A stretch of 63,759 nt of DNA, the filler included, from Phoronis australis (Eukaryota; Animalia; Phoronida): NCBI GenBank assembly GCA_002633005.1. It is 7 parts of 7 records of this genome, joined end to end, with 100 filler letters (N's around TTAATTAATTAA, not from the genome) between each part and the next. Parts side by side here need not be neighbours in the genome. Positions count along the whole stretch, not along the records: positions 1 to 17,205 come from NMRA01001492.1; positions 17,306 to 46,400 come from NMRA01000005.1; 5 more parts are not named here. One strand, 5' to 3'. The notes beneath the pieces are model-generated. The model had not been told where the DNA came from, searched no databases, and was given only the letters and a program-made list of their open reading frames with translations. This document shows positions 12,870-25,845 of the stretch, piece after piece; the first letter of the stretch is position 1; each line of letters begins with the position of its first letter. The translations under genes and the position numbers were made by a program.

Positions 12870-13529
12870 ATAGTCGGCTTCACTTATGGCGATGCAAATT
12901 GTTGGAGAGCAGTGATACGTAGTAAAATCTAGCAATTTCGTAAAATGTAACAACAGTTACAATTTACGTCATTGTTACAATCATTCTTGCTAGGCCTCTC
13001 CTAGGCAACAGGTTGTTAGATTTTATGTTATTGCTACAATTTTCGTTGAATGCACATGCGAGAATTGTGCCGTTGATACATTTTACGAATGCGACGTCAT
13101 ACTTTATGAGTCTGCTTGGTATTTGTCACGAATGAAATTGGTTTACACATACTTAAGGTTATCTCCAACCTTATTCACAAAAATTAGTCATTTTTACAAT
13201 ATTTCACTTGTGTCTAGCAAAATACCTTATCTTTATTCTCGAGGAACTTCAAATACAAAATATATACCGCGTAGCGAGAAAAAAAGATTGAACAGAACCA
13301 CCTTGGAACTGCAAAACCGCGTGGATATTTGTTTACTACTTATCCAAGGTCAAAGGGTAAAGGTCTTTCAATTAAATCGAATCTCCCGCCAGGTACACAA
13401 CAGCTTCGCATACCCTCAGTCCTTTCATTCACAAAGTCGCCATAACACTGAGCCAACGAGGTGTACTTATGATAGAATGGTGCCCGTGAAAACTACGACA
13501 AAACGTAGTTTTGATCCTAAGGGAGTTAG

Positions 13530-13680
13530 CATGGGCGGCGCAGCACTGAAAAAAGTGGTGGGCTAAAGCCCCCTTAGCATCCATGTGATGCACCGCTTAT
13601 GGACCATGTGCGGCGTGGCACTGAAAAAAGTGGAGGGGTTATAACCCCCTTCCCCCAGCCCCTATGGTGCGCCGCCCATA
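13530..13680. mobile_element. MITE with CATGGGCGGCGCA termini, 5-bp TSD GTTAG
   Basis: TIR CATGGGCGGCGCA / TGCGCCGCCCATA, GTTAG on both sides, and a sister copy at 37053-37201. Confidence 0.7.
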
Positions 13681-14977
13681 GTTAGTTGTGCGTCTGTATG
13701 CATACGACCGTTGGCGTTGAAAACGAATGCTACGCGTCGCCTCAGGCCTCTGTTGTCATGAACACAGAAACTTGTGAAAAGAGATAAATCCTCAAACTAA
13801 TTCCTTAATTCAATTAATAAGTTGAAATTTCGATGTTTCGATCTCATGCTAACGACATACTTTAATCACCGATTTGATTTTTGCAATCTATTTCTTACTT
13901 GGTTTCGTATCAGCCTCGACCCAGCACGTGCCGTGCACGGTCTATGAACTGTGACCTACTTAGAAAGTCGGGCGTATAAACAACAGTAAAAGTTCAATGG
14001 CTGGGAACAATACGTCTATTTGAGGTTTTAATGATAAATAAGTTAGTTACGCACTGCAAAATCAGTTGACATTGCGAGTGAACGATGAAATAGCTAACAT
14101 AGTTAAGGACTGTAAAGGTTAAGTTTTCACCGAATAATTAATCAAGATTTTGAGATTTTCACTTGTCCCAGCTTAAAGTCATATGATCCGTTTGTAGACG
14201 TTTTAAAAACATCGTGAATCTGCATAAAAACCATTGAAACATACTCTCTGACACTTACTTAGAAGTTTTCTTAAGTATGGGGTCGATCTGCTGCCTGTGC
14301 ATATTTTTTCTTTTATTTTTTATTTTATTAAAATCTGCGTGATCAAAACAAACGAATGTTGCCCATAATGCTGTGCGGTTTGACCTTTCGGCAACTCGAG
14401 ACAAATAGTCAGCTGCTTCTGGTATTGCTTCGAAGAAGAGAAGTTCGCCTTAACCAGGTAATTTATTCGTTTCTTGAACATTTGGATGACGATATTGCTC
14501 CCTGTATGAGCTGAACAGTCTAACTATTACTCTTAGAATTAGATGAAACCATTACCTGTGGGAAAATTACGTACTGAATTCGATAGTAATCGTTGTGATC
14601 GAGTCGAGTCTGCAGTGGTACCCTAACCAGCCAGCTAGCGGTATCAAAATACAGCTAGGTACCACTGTGTGTTTTTCTTCAATAGAGCCCGAAATTCACA
14701 CAGCCAGGGTAGTATATTTAGTATACAGGTTTGTACCAAGGCTAGCCCTAGCCCTAGACCTATCAATGCTGTGACTGAAAAAGAGTGTAATGTTATTGTG
14801 GTTGGATAGACCCTGTTTGTCACTCGATGGTCGTGAGTTGAATTTCTACCTGCTGGCAGTTTTCAGACTTTGGACTTGAATTGCAAAACTATTCGTGGTT
14901 TTTCATTGCCATAAGAAAATCATCGTCTATCACCAGGGACTCTATACTCTACTTGTATATTACACCTGTATACTAGC

Positions 14978-15430
14978 AGGGGCACATTGGAGGATTTAAG
15001 GGGGGGGGCAAGAGGGCCATGGCCCCCTTAAAATTCTCCCAGATACCATTTGGCAGTTCGGGGTGCAAATTGCTGATTAGCACATGCCCCTTGAACAAAC
15101 CCTGTTTACCGTTCATGTTTTTTTAGTAATAAGATTCACAAACCCAAAAATTGGACACCCCGCACTCCTACATCAGGCTGGGCTTGCGCATGTCGCAAAA
15201 TTCTGGTTATTCCTGTGCCCTGGCCCCCCTAACTCAAAATACTGGATTCGCCCCTGGGGCATATCCAGGATTTTGAGTTTGGGGAACAGGGCAGAGTGTT
15301 GGCCAGGATTTAGTTCACCAAACATTTGCACCCCCTAACTGCCAAATGGGAACTGTGAGAATTTTAGGGAGGCCATAGCCACCACTGACTAGTCAGCTAG
15401 CTACTCCACTTGAACACAACCCACTGGATC
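14978..15430. mobile_element. Two adjacent, oppositely oriented copies of the MITE family also found at 59839-60142
   Basis: Shares AAAATTCTCCCAGATA..ATTTGGCAGTT.GGGGTGCAAATTGCTGA with 60050-60140 (reverse complement). First copy ends GGATTCGCCCCTG at 15256. Confidence 0.6.
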
Positions 15431-17205
15431 AGCGATGAATCCTCGGATTGAATGCAAGCAAACTTGGGAAGTGCCCGTAGGCTGAAGCTTGTTGCGAGAA
15501 TAGTGAGATCATACAAAACCATGGTTGTGAATGGGATGCAAAAATTTGATGCCTGTTATTCAGTGAAGAAATCTGGTTCTCAAATTGCAGAACACTGGGA
15601 GTGGTCACATCATTACAGAACATTATACTATGTATGGGACCTCCTCAAAGGCAAAAGGGTATAAGCCAAAGGCAGATCAGTAGTAGCATTAATAAAGGTA
15701 GAACAGGTTACATCTTGTATTATCAGTGGTACATGTATGGTCTCGATTGGGTAAATAAAGAGCTAGGGACAGGGGAAGGTTAACGACAGTGCTCACTTTT
15801 AATTAATATACTCTTTCTTGGACTTTGAGTGTGCAACTAGGCCCTTGCAGACTCACTTTATCAAGAACACAATCCATCAGTTTACATGGCAGAGGGCCTA
15901 AAGGGTGCTTCGAAAATCATCTATCCTCCTTGAATGTCAGCTGTTACAGACTTCTAGCATCGGTATTGGCAAGTTAACACAGGAAATCAACTTAATTAGT
16001 CTGGAAACAGGTAGAACACTGAAGTTTCAATTTCAGGTACACTCATACTTTTGCGAAAATGTGTATCCTATGGAATGTATTGATCAATGTTATCTATATA
16101 CTGCTCAGGTTGACATTTTATGTGATTACCATGTTTTTAAAGGTTCACCGTAATGTGCATCATCAGTTCACCAACAATAACAATACTCAAGCAACAGAGA
16201 CAACATGATTGGAGTACTGAGCCATGTGCAGAGGAATAGGCTTAGGTGGCAATTGATGTTCGGTCTCTTCACATGCAGGTATGCTTGGAACTCCCGTTTC
16301 TTAACNGAAAAATACGGGCGGTGGGTATGAAATAAAAGTGCCTTCCCCCCCTCCCATACAGATTTTGCTGGAACAGCCCTGAACCTGTCGAGTGCCATAA
16401 GACCATGTAATAATATTTTCCGTATTCACCTCCCGCACTACTTCAACAGTGACCTCTGATATGGAAAGTTCAAAAGCTAGGTCAATGTCGACTCGGCGTC
16501 GTAAGCCGGTTCGATCATCAAACTTTCCAAATATACTTTAAAGTAATACAGTTGCAGTAGTATAAATAACACTCGACATGCAATCAGACCCTAAACGTAA
16601 CATCTGGTACAATACTGTTAATTATATGACACTTCTGTCTCAGTTTTCATTTGCTAAATATTATATCGTCTGCAACTCAGGCATCGATTCCTCAGTTATA
16701 AAAACTCCTAGTTTAAGACAATGCATCTGTACAGGCATAGCAACTTGCATCCACTGCATTACTTCCGATACAGATGCATCAGCCTAACAACTGCAAATAC
16801 AGAAATAAACATAAAAAACAAATTGCAAAGTGGTTAACACAAAATTCAAAACGGTATAAAATGCATTATGTATCATGTAAATTCCAATTGAAAACATTGA
16901 ACTTACTGCTTTATCCGGATACATCTCCACTAACTTGTGAGCAAGGTAAAACAATTCTGAAACAAATTCAGCAGAGTAAAGCCAAATCATGACCAGCAGA
17001 CCGACTGGCAGAAAATGTTGGTGACAATGAGAACGTCTTTCAGCATAGTAATAGACACATACAATGATAGCTAGGTCAAGATCGAATTTCCAACTTCATA
17101 TGGAAAGAATTTAAGTTTGCAACAGTGATTACAGCTTCAGAACAAATTATTGAACATAATTTTTCCAAGAGCGTAATAATGTAACGCTACAAACTGTGAC
17201 TTGCC

Positions 17206-17305
17206 NNNNNNNNNNNNNNNNNNNNNNNNNNNNNNNNNNNNNNNNNNNNTTAATTAATTAANNNNNNNNNNNNNNNNNNNNNNNNNNNNNNNNNNNNNNN
17301 NNNNN
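17206..17305. other. Artificial contig spacer (44 N + TTAATTAATTAA + 44 N)
   Basis: Identical 100-bp construct also at 46401-46500, 51737-51836, 54977-55076, 58444-58543 and 62277-62376. The 12-mer gives stops in all six frames. Confidence 0.97.
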
Positions 17306-18706
17306 GAAAATTGACCTTTTCATAAATATGCACCTACGTAAATGTAAACATAAGTTAAGTTAATTAAATCGTGTGAATGTGAGTGTGAATGAGTGTATGA
17401 AAGTCCTTCCCCTTCCCGTTTCCCCCCCTTTCATATTATTCTCGGCTAATTATTCGCCCAATCATTAGGAGTAATTTCCAGATACTTATTTGTTTAATTA
17501 AGATGATGTATTATACTCTAGTAAGTTGTAAAGATACGCAGTTGGGGCTACCCAACCCCAGCCGTATCTACTATTCATTAATGTTATGCTTTCTGGGAAA
17601 ATAAACGTATTAAAAAAAATAATAATAATAATCATGGATTTGGCTAAATGTTACGTCATACATTTAGTCTGTGGCCACCGGTAATTCGAAATGTGCAAAA
17701 ATCCATGGTGTGTACTGTTTAAATCGTACGTTTGTTATTCCCGAGTACGTGATGGCTCATTCACCCACTTTCAAATACAAAGTGTATTCAGTAGGCCACA
17801 GCGCAGAATATCGAAGGGAACTGAATGTGGGAGTACATTTCTGGAAAACTTGTGCTTCATTTGACCCAAGCAATCAGAAACTGGGCTACCCCGTGTTTTA
17901 ACAAGGATTTTGAAACCCTTGCCACTCTCTCAAAACGTATCTTCAAAGTATGACCTAATAAACTGAAGTTTCCCCAGATTGGAACATGATAAAATAAATC
18001 TTGGCCTTAGGGCCAGCGCGCACGCAGACTGTTAGCTACGAGATGAGCAGCATGTTTCAAGTGAATCATGCTGAGCTGACCAATTGGCTAGCCTAGCCGT
18101 TCATCTAATTCGTATTTTCACACAGGTGCAGTTTGCGCGAGCTATTAGCTCACATTTATAGTTCACTTGAGGTAGACTGCCCAGCTCCCAGCCCGTCGTA
18201 GACCTCATTCTCACTCTCCGAGAAATTCAGTTGAAATATGGTTACTTAAGCTCTTGTGGCTCACTCCCCGGGGTTTGCGGGCGTGGGGGCTCGAGTACAA
18301 TCCGGAGAATGTGGGGAATGTGGTAGCGATTTTACTTTTCTATAGGCCTGGATTATAACTGTCTTACCAAGGGAAACTCAGTTTCCGCTCAAGTTGCAGC
18401 GCGACATCTATTGAGTGGGATCCTTCTACAAAACTGATCAGATGCTTTATTGGTTAAATTTTCACGCAGTCGTATTATGGAACAGAGTTCAACGATTGCT
18501 TGTACGATCGGATATTTTACGTCAAAGTTGCTCTATTCCAGTTTGAATTTGTCGCATAACTTTAAAGTCTTTGCCAACATCTGACATATAACATGATTAA
18601 TGATTATTTTTTATTCATTAGAAGCTAGTAAGTAGACTGACAGTAGACAGCTTTGTACTCTGAAGGGTTTTGTATGATGTAAAAGTACTTATTGCAGGAC
18701 CTCGAC

Positions 18707-20698
18707 ATGGCGATAAGCTCAAAGGACGCAGACGATATTCGGCGACTGTTGAATTGTCCGATATGCCTGGAGCGACAGCATACGCCTCGACAGCTGCCTT
18801 GCATCCACACATTCTGTCAAAAGTGCATTCAGCAATTCATCGATAAACGGGGTGATAATGGGAAATTTCCGTGTCCACGATGCAAGAAACGCATTACTGT
18901 GCCAACTGATGGCGTTGCTGGATTTCCTTTCAACCATTTCGTAAATCATTTGAACGACTGCGTACAACCCAAAACAGACAATGTTGTCTGCTACGTTTGT
19001 CATTGCAAAGGGTCAAAGGTCGAGGCGAAAACCATGTGTATCCACTGTGCGCATCATTTGTGCGAAAAGTGTTCCCTTATCCATTGTGACACTGGTGTGA
19101 CTCTAAGTCACAAGGTGGTGAGTTTAGATGAGGTTGCAGCCGGTGAGCATTTTGAAACAATCCGACAGTACCAGAAATCGTATTGTTCTCAACACCCAGA
19201 GAGGCTACTGGAAATTTACTGCGATCAGTGTAAAATTCCTTTGTGCTTGCTTTGTAAAGCATTAAAGCACGACCAGCACCCGATGGAAACTCTTGAAGAG
19301 GCGGCACAAAACGCAATTGCTGTTATGCAGGATTTGCTAAAACCTTGGGAACATGCCTTTGGCCATGCCATCAGCTTGTCAAAAGAGAGAAAGGAGGTCG
19401 TGGAAGAACTTAGCCAAGAACAAATGACAAAGGGAATTGAAGAAATCTGTGAAAAGTTTGATAGCTTCAAACGCAACATCGAGGCAAAAATCGCGACGAA
19501 GAAATCAGAAGCCATCACAAAGTTTACTAAACAGTTCAGTCAAGCCAAGAAACTGGCCCAGATTGCTTTTGAAGAAGCTGAGGCGAGCAGGTTGTCGATT
19601 GCGAGTACTCTGCGATACGTCAAGAAGCTCATTGAGCGAGCACACGCGGCAGAAATAACTCAGCAGTATCCCGATGTGGCGTCCAATCTTGCATCGCTTG
19701 ACCATCTCCGCTTAGAGGTTCAAGTGGACAGGCACGTTTTCAAAACAACACCGACTCAGTTACATGTGCCAGAGGTATCTGTCGATACCGAGGTTTTCGT
19801 GCAATCGCACAATATTGCAGCTAGCTTGTCAAGACCCGTTGTTTCCTTCGAATTGCCTTCACGGCCAGCTGCTGCACGACCGCCTGTGACGGCACCATCT
19901 GTTTCCATGAGCAATTTCAACACTCGCCCAAACGAAGAAAGTGGGACCAATTGTCGCGGGTGTTGGGGACTCTCGATGGGAGACCTTGGTTTTTTTGTCA
20001 CCGACCTGGACTGCCAGAATGTTAAAGTTTTTGACAAAGAAAACTTCTCGTTGAAATTTGTCTTAAATCGCGACAGTAACCAACATAAACTACAGGACCC
20101 TGTTGACGTCACAAGCAACAAGCTCGGCGAGATCTACGTAACAGACCATGGCATTCGTGGCGTTGTCAAATACAATTCCAAAGGTCACGTGATGAAGATA
20201 CATCCAGACATGTATAAAGGCGTGGGCTTCATTACGTGTCTAAACGACCAATTGATCATGGCGGATCGAGACAGGGGTCGGTTGATATTCACCGATTTCG
20301 ACTTCAATGTCCTACAAGAGATGAATGGCCGGTCTTTCGGGCTGAATCATTTCAAACCACGCCATCTTAGTGTCGATAATGACACTGATTATTTAGTCGT
20401 TCTTGATCAAGACCCCATTCACCGCGTTCACGTAATTGACTGTAGACGGTATTCCATTGTCAAGACTTTCAGCGACAAACTAAGAGATCCACAAAGTGTT
20501 TGCGTGGATCAGTTCGGCAACGTCCTTGTGGCTGACAAGAACCGTGTGATTTTGTATGACGATGCAACCACACACGTGCTCACCGGTAGGGACGATGTGC
20601 TTTTTCCAACTGCGATATGCATATCGGCACCCGGTCACATGTCTGTACTAGAACGAGAAACGGGTGATGTGAAAACCTATAGGTACCTGGATGTATAG
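18707..20698 (+). CDS. TRIM E3 ubiquitin ligase with RING, two B-boxes, coiled coil and NHL repeats (TRIM56/TRIM2/3-like), single coding exon, 663 aa
   Basis: C3HC4 RING CPIC...LPCIHTFCQKC...CPRC, B-box1 CYVC...CIHC..HLCEKC..IH, B-box2 CSQH...YCDQC...CLLC...H..H, helical region, and NHL repeats (FFVTD, IYVTD, LIMAD, VLVAD). Acceptor TTATTGCAG at 18697 lies just before the ATG. Confidence 0.93.
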   Translation: MAISSKDADDIRRLLNCPICLERQHTPRQLPCIHTFCQKCIQQFIDKRGDNGKFPCPRCKKRITVPTDGVAGFPFNHFVNHLNDCVQPKTDNVVCYVCHCKGSKVEAKTMCIHCAHHLCEKCSLIHCDTGVTLSHKVVSLDEVAAGEHFETIRQYQKSYCSQHPERLLEIYCDQCKIPLCLLCKALKHDQHPMETLEEAAQNAIAVMQDLLKPWEHAFGHAISLSKERKEVVEELSQEQMTKGIEEICEKFDSFKRNIEAKIATKKSEAITKFTKQFSQAKKLAQIAFEEAEASRLSIASTLRYVKKLIERAHAAEITQQYPDVASNLASLDHLRLEVQVDRHVFKTTPTQLHVPEVSVDTEVFVQSHNIAASLSRPVVSFELPSRPAAARPPVTAPSVSMSNFNTRPNEESGTNCRGCWGLSMGDLGFFVTDLDCQNVKVFDKENFSLKFVLNRDSNQHKLQDPVDVTSNKLGEIYVTDHGIRGVVKYNSKGHVMKIHPDMYKGVGFITCLNDQLIMADRDRGRLIFTDFDFNVLQEMNGRSFGLNHFKPRHLSVDNDTDYLVVLDQDPIHRVHVIDCRRYSIVKTFSDKLRDPQSVCVDQFGNVLVADKNRVILYDDATTHVLTGRDDVLFPTAICISAPGHMSVLERETGDVKTYRYLDV

Positions 20699-21346
20699 AC
20701 ATCACAACTGACTGTGATCTTTCATGACTACGAACCAGAAAACAAGATTATGCTACTGCAAACGTCTGAGTGATTACAATGAAGTTTCGTCTCAGTTATC
20801 ACCATGTCGATGTCCCTCGGTATTTCTGTATTAGAGAAGAGGACTGTCCTACGCGATGTACCCACCGAAGCTGAGCAAGCTACCCGATGTATTTGACCAG
20901 ACAAAGCACAAGCAGCAATACCACCAACAGCAACCGCCGCACAGAGCCTGATCAACTCTGTCGTTTCACCTGCGCTGCTTGAGATGGTCTCGCTTAAAAT
21001 GATACTAACCCTCTGTTTTGATAATTTCACCCAATCATCGTTCTGTCACCTACCAATGCATCGTTGGCGTTAAAGATAAAAGCAGGAATCAGTTAAAAAC
21101 TCATACCAACTATTTCACAAATTGGACATTATGGTCCTTGGTGGGTGCCACTGAATGGTCCCTTTCACACAATTGTCGTGCAATTCGCTGATGGTCTGTG
21201 ATAAGTTTGTGAAGGAACAGTCACACCAGTAGAACTTATGTATAGCTCAGGTAGCAGTCTGTATGCCATGACAAACTACAGGTGTGCGTTACATTAGTCA
21301 TGATGTACATAAATTATGTTATTGTAAATCTGTAAATACTTGTAAC

Positions 21347-21352
21347 AATAAA
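21347..21352 (+). terminator. Candidate polyadenylation signal of the TRIM gene
   Basis: AATAAA about 650 bp after the stop, preceded by several TGTA motifs. Confidence 0.45.
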
Positions 21353-22565
21353 ATCTTAAGTGCATTATTCAATGAGAAATGCTTTTCTCTTGTACAAGAC
21401 TCATTGCCGTGACAACTTGTGTGTAGCCTGTGGTCTACATCTATACTTAAGTTTAACTGCTGCAAGTCTAGTTACGGTAAATCCCGGCCTGTCCGACGTC
21501 TTTAGCAACATTTGCAGTTGCCCCAGTCTAGCTCCTTGGCGACCATCATGTCGCTCGAGTGATTAGGTTCTGCCATAGGTAAGGGGTCCCATGTTTTGAC
21601 ATGCATAGGGCCTTGCAAAGTTTGGGACCGACACCGTTACTGGATGAAAATATTGTTCAGCCGGCGTAGGGACTCTTGAAATTCACCAAGTAAGGCCTAT
21701 GAAACCTTGTCCTGGCCCTAGAACCAAACATGGTCTAAATTTTAGCAATCATTACATGGACACAGAAAGCGGAGAACAGGGGTGCATCCTGAGGTAGTTG
21801 AGTGTCTACTGGGGCTGGAGAGGGGGGACTGGTGTCGACATCGAGGTGAAACTGTACGGTGACCAAGGGGGCAAAAGAGATGTCGACAGGGGTGAGGTCA
21901 CATTTTTCGCCCCCGCACCGCATCGCACTAAAGCAAGCCTTCCTTCGCCCATGATTATAATAAGCCGTAGTATTTACACAATGGAAATGGTGTAGTCCCT
22001 GCTGTTGACCCTTTGAACATCTTTCTCTTGATTTATCGATGGCCGAAAGACTGAAACACTTGGCCAACCGACACGAGCATTTTCCTTGGGCGGTACGCTG
22101 CCTCCAGTTCTCCCTATAGGGATATGACCACGTAAACGCCGTAATAGCTACGCGGACATTTTCCAAGATCCACCAGGTTTTTTCTACAAAGACATTGGAG
22201 TTTATTTATTACGTAACTGTTGGGATATGGTGAAGTTCTAATACACTTGTAAGGGGCGGAGACGAAGGCGCTATTTTTCGTGACGGGCAAATATTCCTTA
22301 ACCATACTGCACTTCTTGGTTTTCCGCTGATGTCGATCACCACAAGAAAGCTTAGTTTTCAGTTTTGTGGGAATGTTAGTTGCATTTTGAACTCTGTGGG
22401 GGAAATGCAAAAATGATACTACATCTTGTTTTGGCTATTTAATCCGACTCGGTCACTCAAATCTTTTCAACAAAAGTGAAACTCCACAGTCTTTGTCAAC
22501 CCTCTTACGTTTAGAACAAGTTTGAAAACTCCATATCAATGTTTGCAAGCGAGACTAACGCTTAA

Positions 22566-24029
22566 AGGCGAAGGCAACCTTTTTTCATGTCATTTGCAGC
22601 AAAAAATAAGGTTCGTTGATTATCCTAGACATATTTTTCACTTAATTACAACTTATCCTAATTAATTAATTGCCTGTCCTCTACTGCGGAAATGACGTTT
22701 TGGGAGGCAAGAATTTCGCGCCAATTTGTTTTCATTTGGTCTGACTGTGAGAGCTGAAGAGCCAGTCATTGGTCTACCTTTGTTGTGAAATGTTTACGAG
22801 TCAGTCAACATGCCACACTGTTGCTGCGTACCGGGATGTACTCATTATCGTCTCACGCGCGCTTTGGGAATACCCGGCTTTGCATCGCTTTCCGAAGGAT
22901 GACACACTTCGCCGTTAGTACTTGGCCCGTTCGGGTAACGCACCGTTACCCGTCCACGTAACGTTCGAAGCAGTAGAGGCTTACCGAGTGTGTGGCAACC
23001 ATTTTTATAGTCAGATTACGAGAGAGATAGGTACGCTGAATTGATGAAGGTACTTCCGAAACAACGCCTGAAGAAGGGTGCCATACCGTCGCCGTTGATT
23101 CCCGGCAGTGCCCCGTCGCCAACCCCGAGAAGTGCGTTTTTGAAGCGAGAAGCCTCGCGAGCTGTGGCCACTACAGTGGCTGGAGGCACTTCATGTACTG
23201 TCACCCGTGCCTCCAAACGTACCCCCAGAGCGTGCAATTCCGGGACTAGCAGTGATTCGCCCTGTGCTGTTGTCTCTAGCTCAGATCCTGTAAGCAGCCC
23301 TGTAGCGATATTGAGTAGTGGGAGTGAATAGAGGCCCAGTTCGATACACAGTAAGGAGGACAGTTGGTCGTCAAGTGAACAGATCGGTGAGCCAAACTTT
23401 GATAAGTTTATTGCGGACTTGTTTACGGTATTGTAGCTATCTAGAAGGTGCCATGTGTGTGGCGAGAGAGTCACAAGGCGGGATGTAAGCAGTTTGGGTG
23501 CTCAGTAGAAGTGTGTCGCGGGACACTCGGGCAAGTGGGCCAGTTGTGCCTATGCGTACTCGCGCCTCATTATACTCGGACTCAAACATATACCCACCCA
23601 CTGACTGTGAAAAAATTCCTCGTCACCACTGCTATGAACAATGTCTCCGTTACTCACGTCACTACTGTCACTGTGATATGGGTCACCGACTCCAGCCCGT
23701 CAGATTAACACAAACTAAACAATCCTTAAATCCAACGTAATTGACATCTCTAACAACCTAGCTTGTCGTAAAATACTCGACGACGGGAAGTGGTGAAGAC
23801 AATTTTAAAAAACAGCACGAAAACACAAGTAGTACAGATCCTCACAGTAAACTCAACGCAGAACCAAATTCGGGCGCGAACTTCTTGCCTCCCAAAACGT
23901 CACTTCCGGAGTAGAGGAAGAGTAATTAATTAAATTACGAAAAACTGTAATTTAGTGAAAAATATGTCTGGGATAATCAACGAACCTTGTTTTTGCTCAA
24001 AATGAGATGAAAAAAGGTTGCTTTCGCCT
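22566..24029 (+). mobile_element. Kolobok-type element, family B copy 1 (THAP-transposase stub +, KolX-like stub -)
   Basis: TTAA flanks 22562-22565 and 24030-24033, TIRs of about 160 bp starting AGGCGAAGGCAACC. Degenerate THAP MPHCCCVPGCTH...VCGNHF...LKKGAIPS from 22810, then C..C...CVAGHSGKW. Minus-strand GYMFE.EY stub at about 23560-23700. Confidence 0.88.
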
Positions 24030-24661
24030 TTAAGGCGGTTTAGTCAAGATGGCGTGGGAAAACAGTACATCTCCGAACCTCTTTGCTGAAGAATCCTTTT
24101 ATCTCGCAGGGATGTAATAACAATAACAGGCGGGAAAGCCAATTTCCTATAAAATCATCTAAACAAAGTTTAGTAAAATTTTGAGCCCTTTTCCTCTGAT
24201 TCGCATACTCCCGACTAGCTTTAAGAGACGTTGAAAGTGCGTTCAACTCAACCTAATAGGTGTAAATTTAAGTCGTAAAAGATAACCACGAGTCAACGTT
24301 AATTTATTTTATTATGGGAAGACATATATGACAAGCACATTTTGTAACGTGTTTCTTGTTCATCTAATAAAGTATGATTACTAATTATACACACCTTGAT
24401 TTATACAGATCTTTGAAAATCAGCCTTTCGACCATTTGCTAGCATAAATCTTTTGAACGCAAGTTTGTTCTGATACAAAACCTGTCTGCAACTGGCCCTA
24501 TACGTAGGCCTTAAACATGACAACATTTAGCATGGATCACGTAACAGTCTCCTACCCAACTTACCTGCCAGTAAGTTTTGTATAATTATTTCTATTCTTC
24601 ATTTTCACGTCAAGTTCATTAATGACGTTATTATTGGATGGATATGAATATAGGTTTACAC

Positions 24662-24773
24662 GTAATAGTCGGATATAACGTGCCCGTATTTTGAGAACCA
24701 GTTTGGTGCCCGTTATTCAGTTGACTGAGAAAACTGGTTCTCAAAATTCGGGCACGTTGTATTCGACCATTAC
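24662..24773. repeat. Short inverted repeat (about 43-bp arms), probable MITE in the SLC6 3' region
   Basis: GTAATAGTCGGATATAACGTGCCCGTATTTTGAGAACCAGTTT pairs with AAACTGGTTCTCAAAATTCGGGCACGTTGTATTCGACCATTAC. Confidence 0.8.
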
Positions 24774-25845
24774 CGGTTTACGTGTAATATACATGCACTA
24801 GGTATAGGATATAGGCCACGCTACTTTATAAACGCACCATATTAGTCACCAAGTTATGCAACAATTCAACCAAGAGAACCAGCAGGGAGGAAATTTACGA
24901 GTGTGATAGTTTTTACTGTGTTGTGCAAAAATGGTAATTTCGCAAAACAAACATGTGACTTGCAGAACAGGATGATTCTACAGAGAAAAACAAGCGAATT
25001 TCCTCAACCACCAGGGAGTAAAAATGGGGTGGTGGGAGTTTGTACTTAAAATTTGCTTTCATAACCTCTAAGGACGTTCCATGATATAAATAGATCTACA
25101 AGTGCCAGCTTGGATTATGTTTGGTATACTTGTACGTATTTGCTCGCAAATACTTGTGTTGAGCTACTTCCGGTTTTTGGCGCAATGAACCGATTCTCCT
25201 AAATGTGCTTTTACAGCGCTCTACCCACACTCATATATATACGTGAAATACATTAATTTGTATAGAAGACAAAGATATCAATTTGAAAATGTACAACAGA
25301 ATTTCAGAACACAAAAAATTTAAAAACTAGTTTCCATAATCCACGAATACGTATAAAGGGATAGGTGCGTAGACACACGTGGCTGTGAGTGGCCGTAATG
25401 CAGTATAGCAGAAAGCGAGTGCAATCAGTTTTCATACTAGTCACGTACAACAGTTTCATGTGACATACAGATTAATAAGACACCACATATCTATAATCTA
25501 AACCAAAGAAACGTGTATTTTTGTACATGTTCCACTATTAATTATACCGAAGCCGTTTCAAACCATCATCGACGAAAACTAATCGTCGGCACTACACCCA
25601 ATGGAAGCCAGGTCAAATAAGGAAATTGGCTTTTCTGTGCCTACACCTCAGAACCACTCATCAGTTAATTCAGGTCTCAACGTTGTTTACCATCCTCACA
25701 TTCATGACTGCTGTTTTTTCTCACGGATAGTGTTGTACGCACGAACACTCTTGGTGTGATACGTTAATGTTGGATTCCATTGCTTGTGGCAGCGTGAGTA
25801 GATAAAGGAGACAGAAGCTTCGACGATCAGTCGCTATTCCTCATG

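Noticed and set aside
17250-17261. TTAATTAATTAA palindrome recurring six times
   Set aside because: Synthetic spacer embedded in Ns, not a Kolobok footprint or regulatory site.
19077-20121. Antisense and alternative-frame ORFs over the TRIM gene
   Set aside because: Shadows of a real CDS with no motifs.
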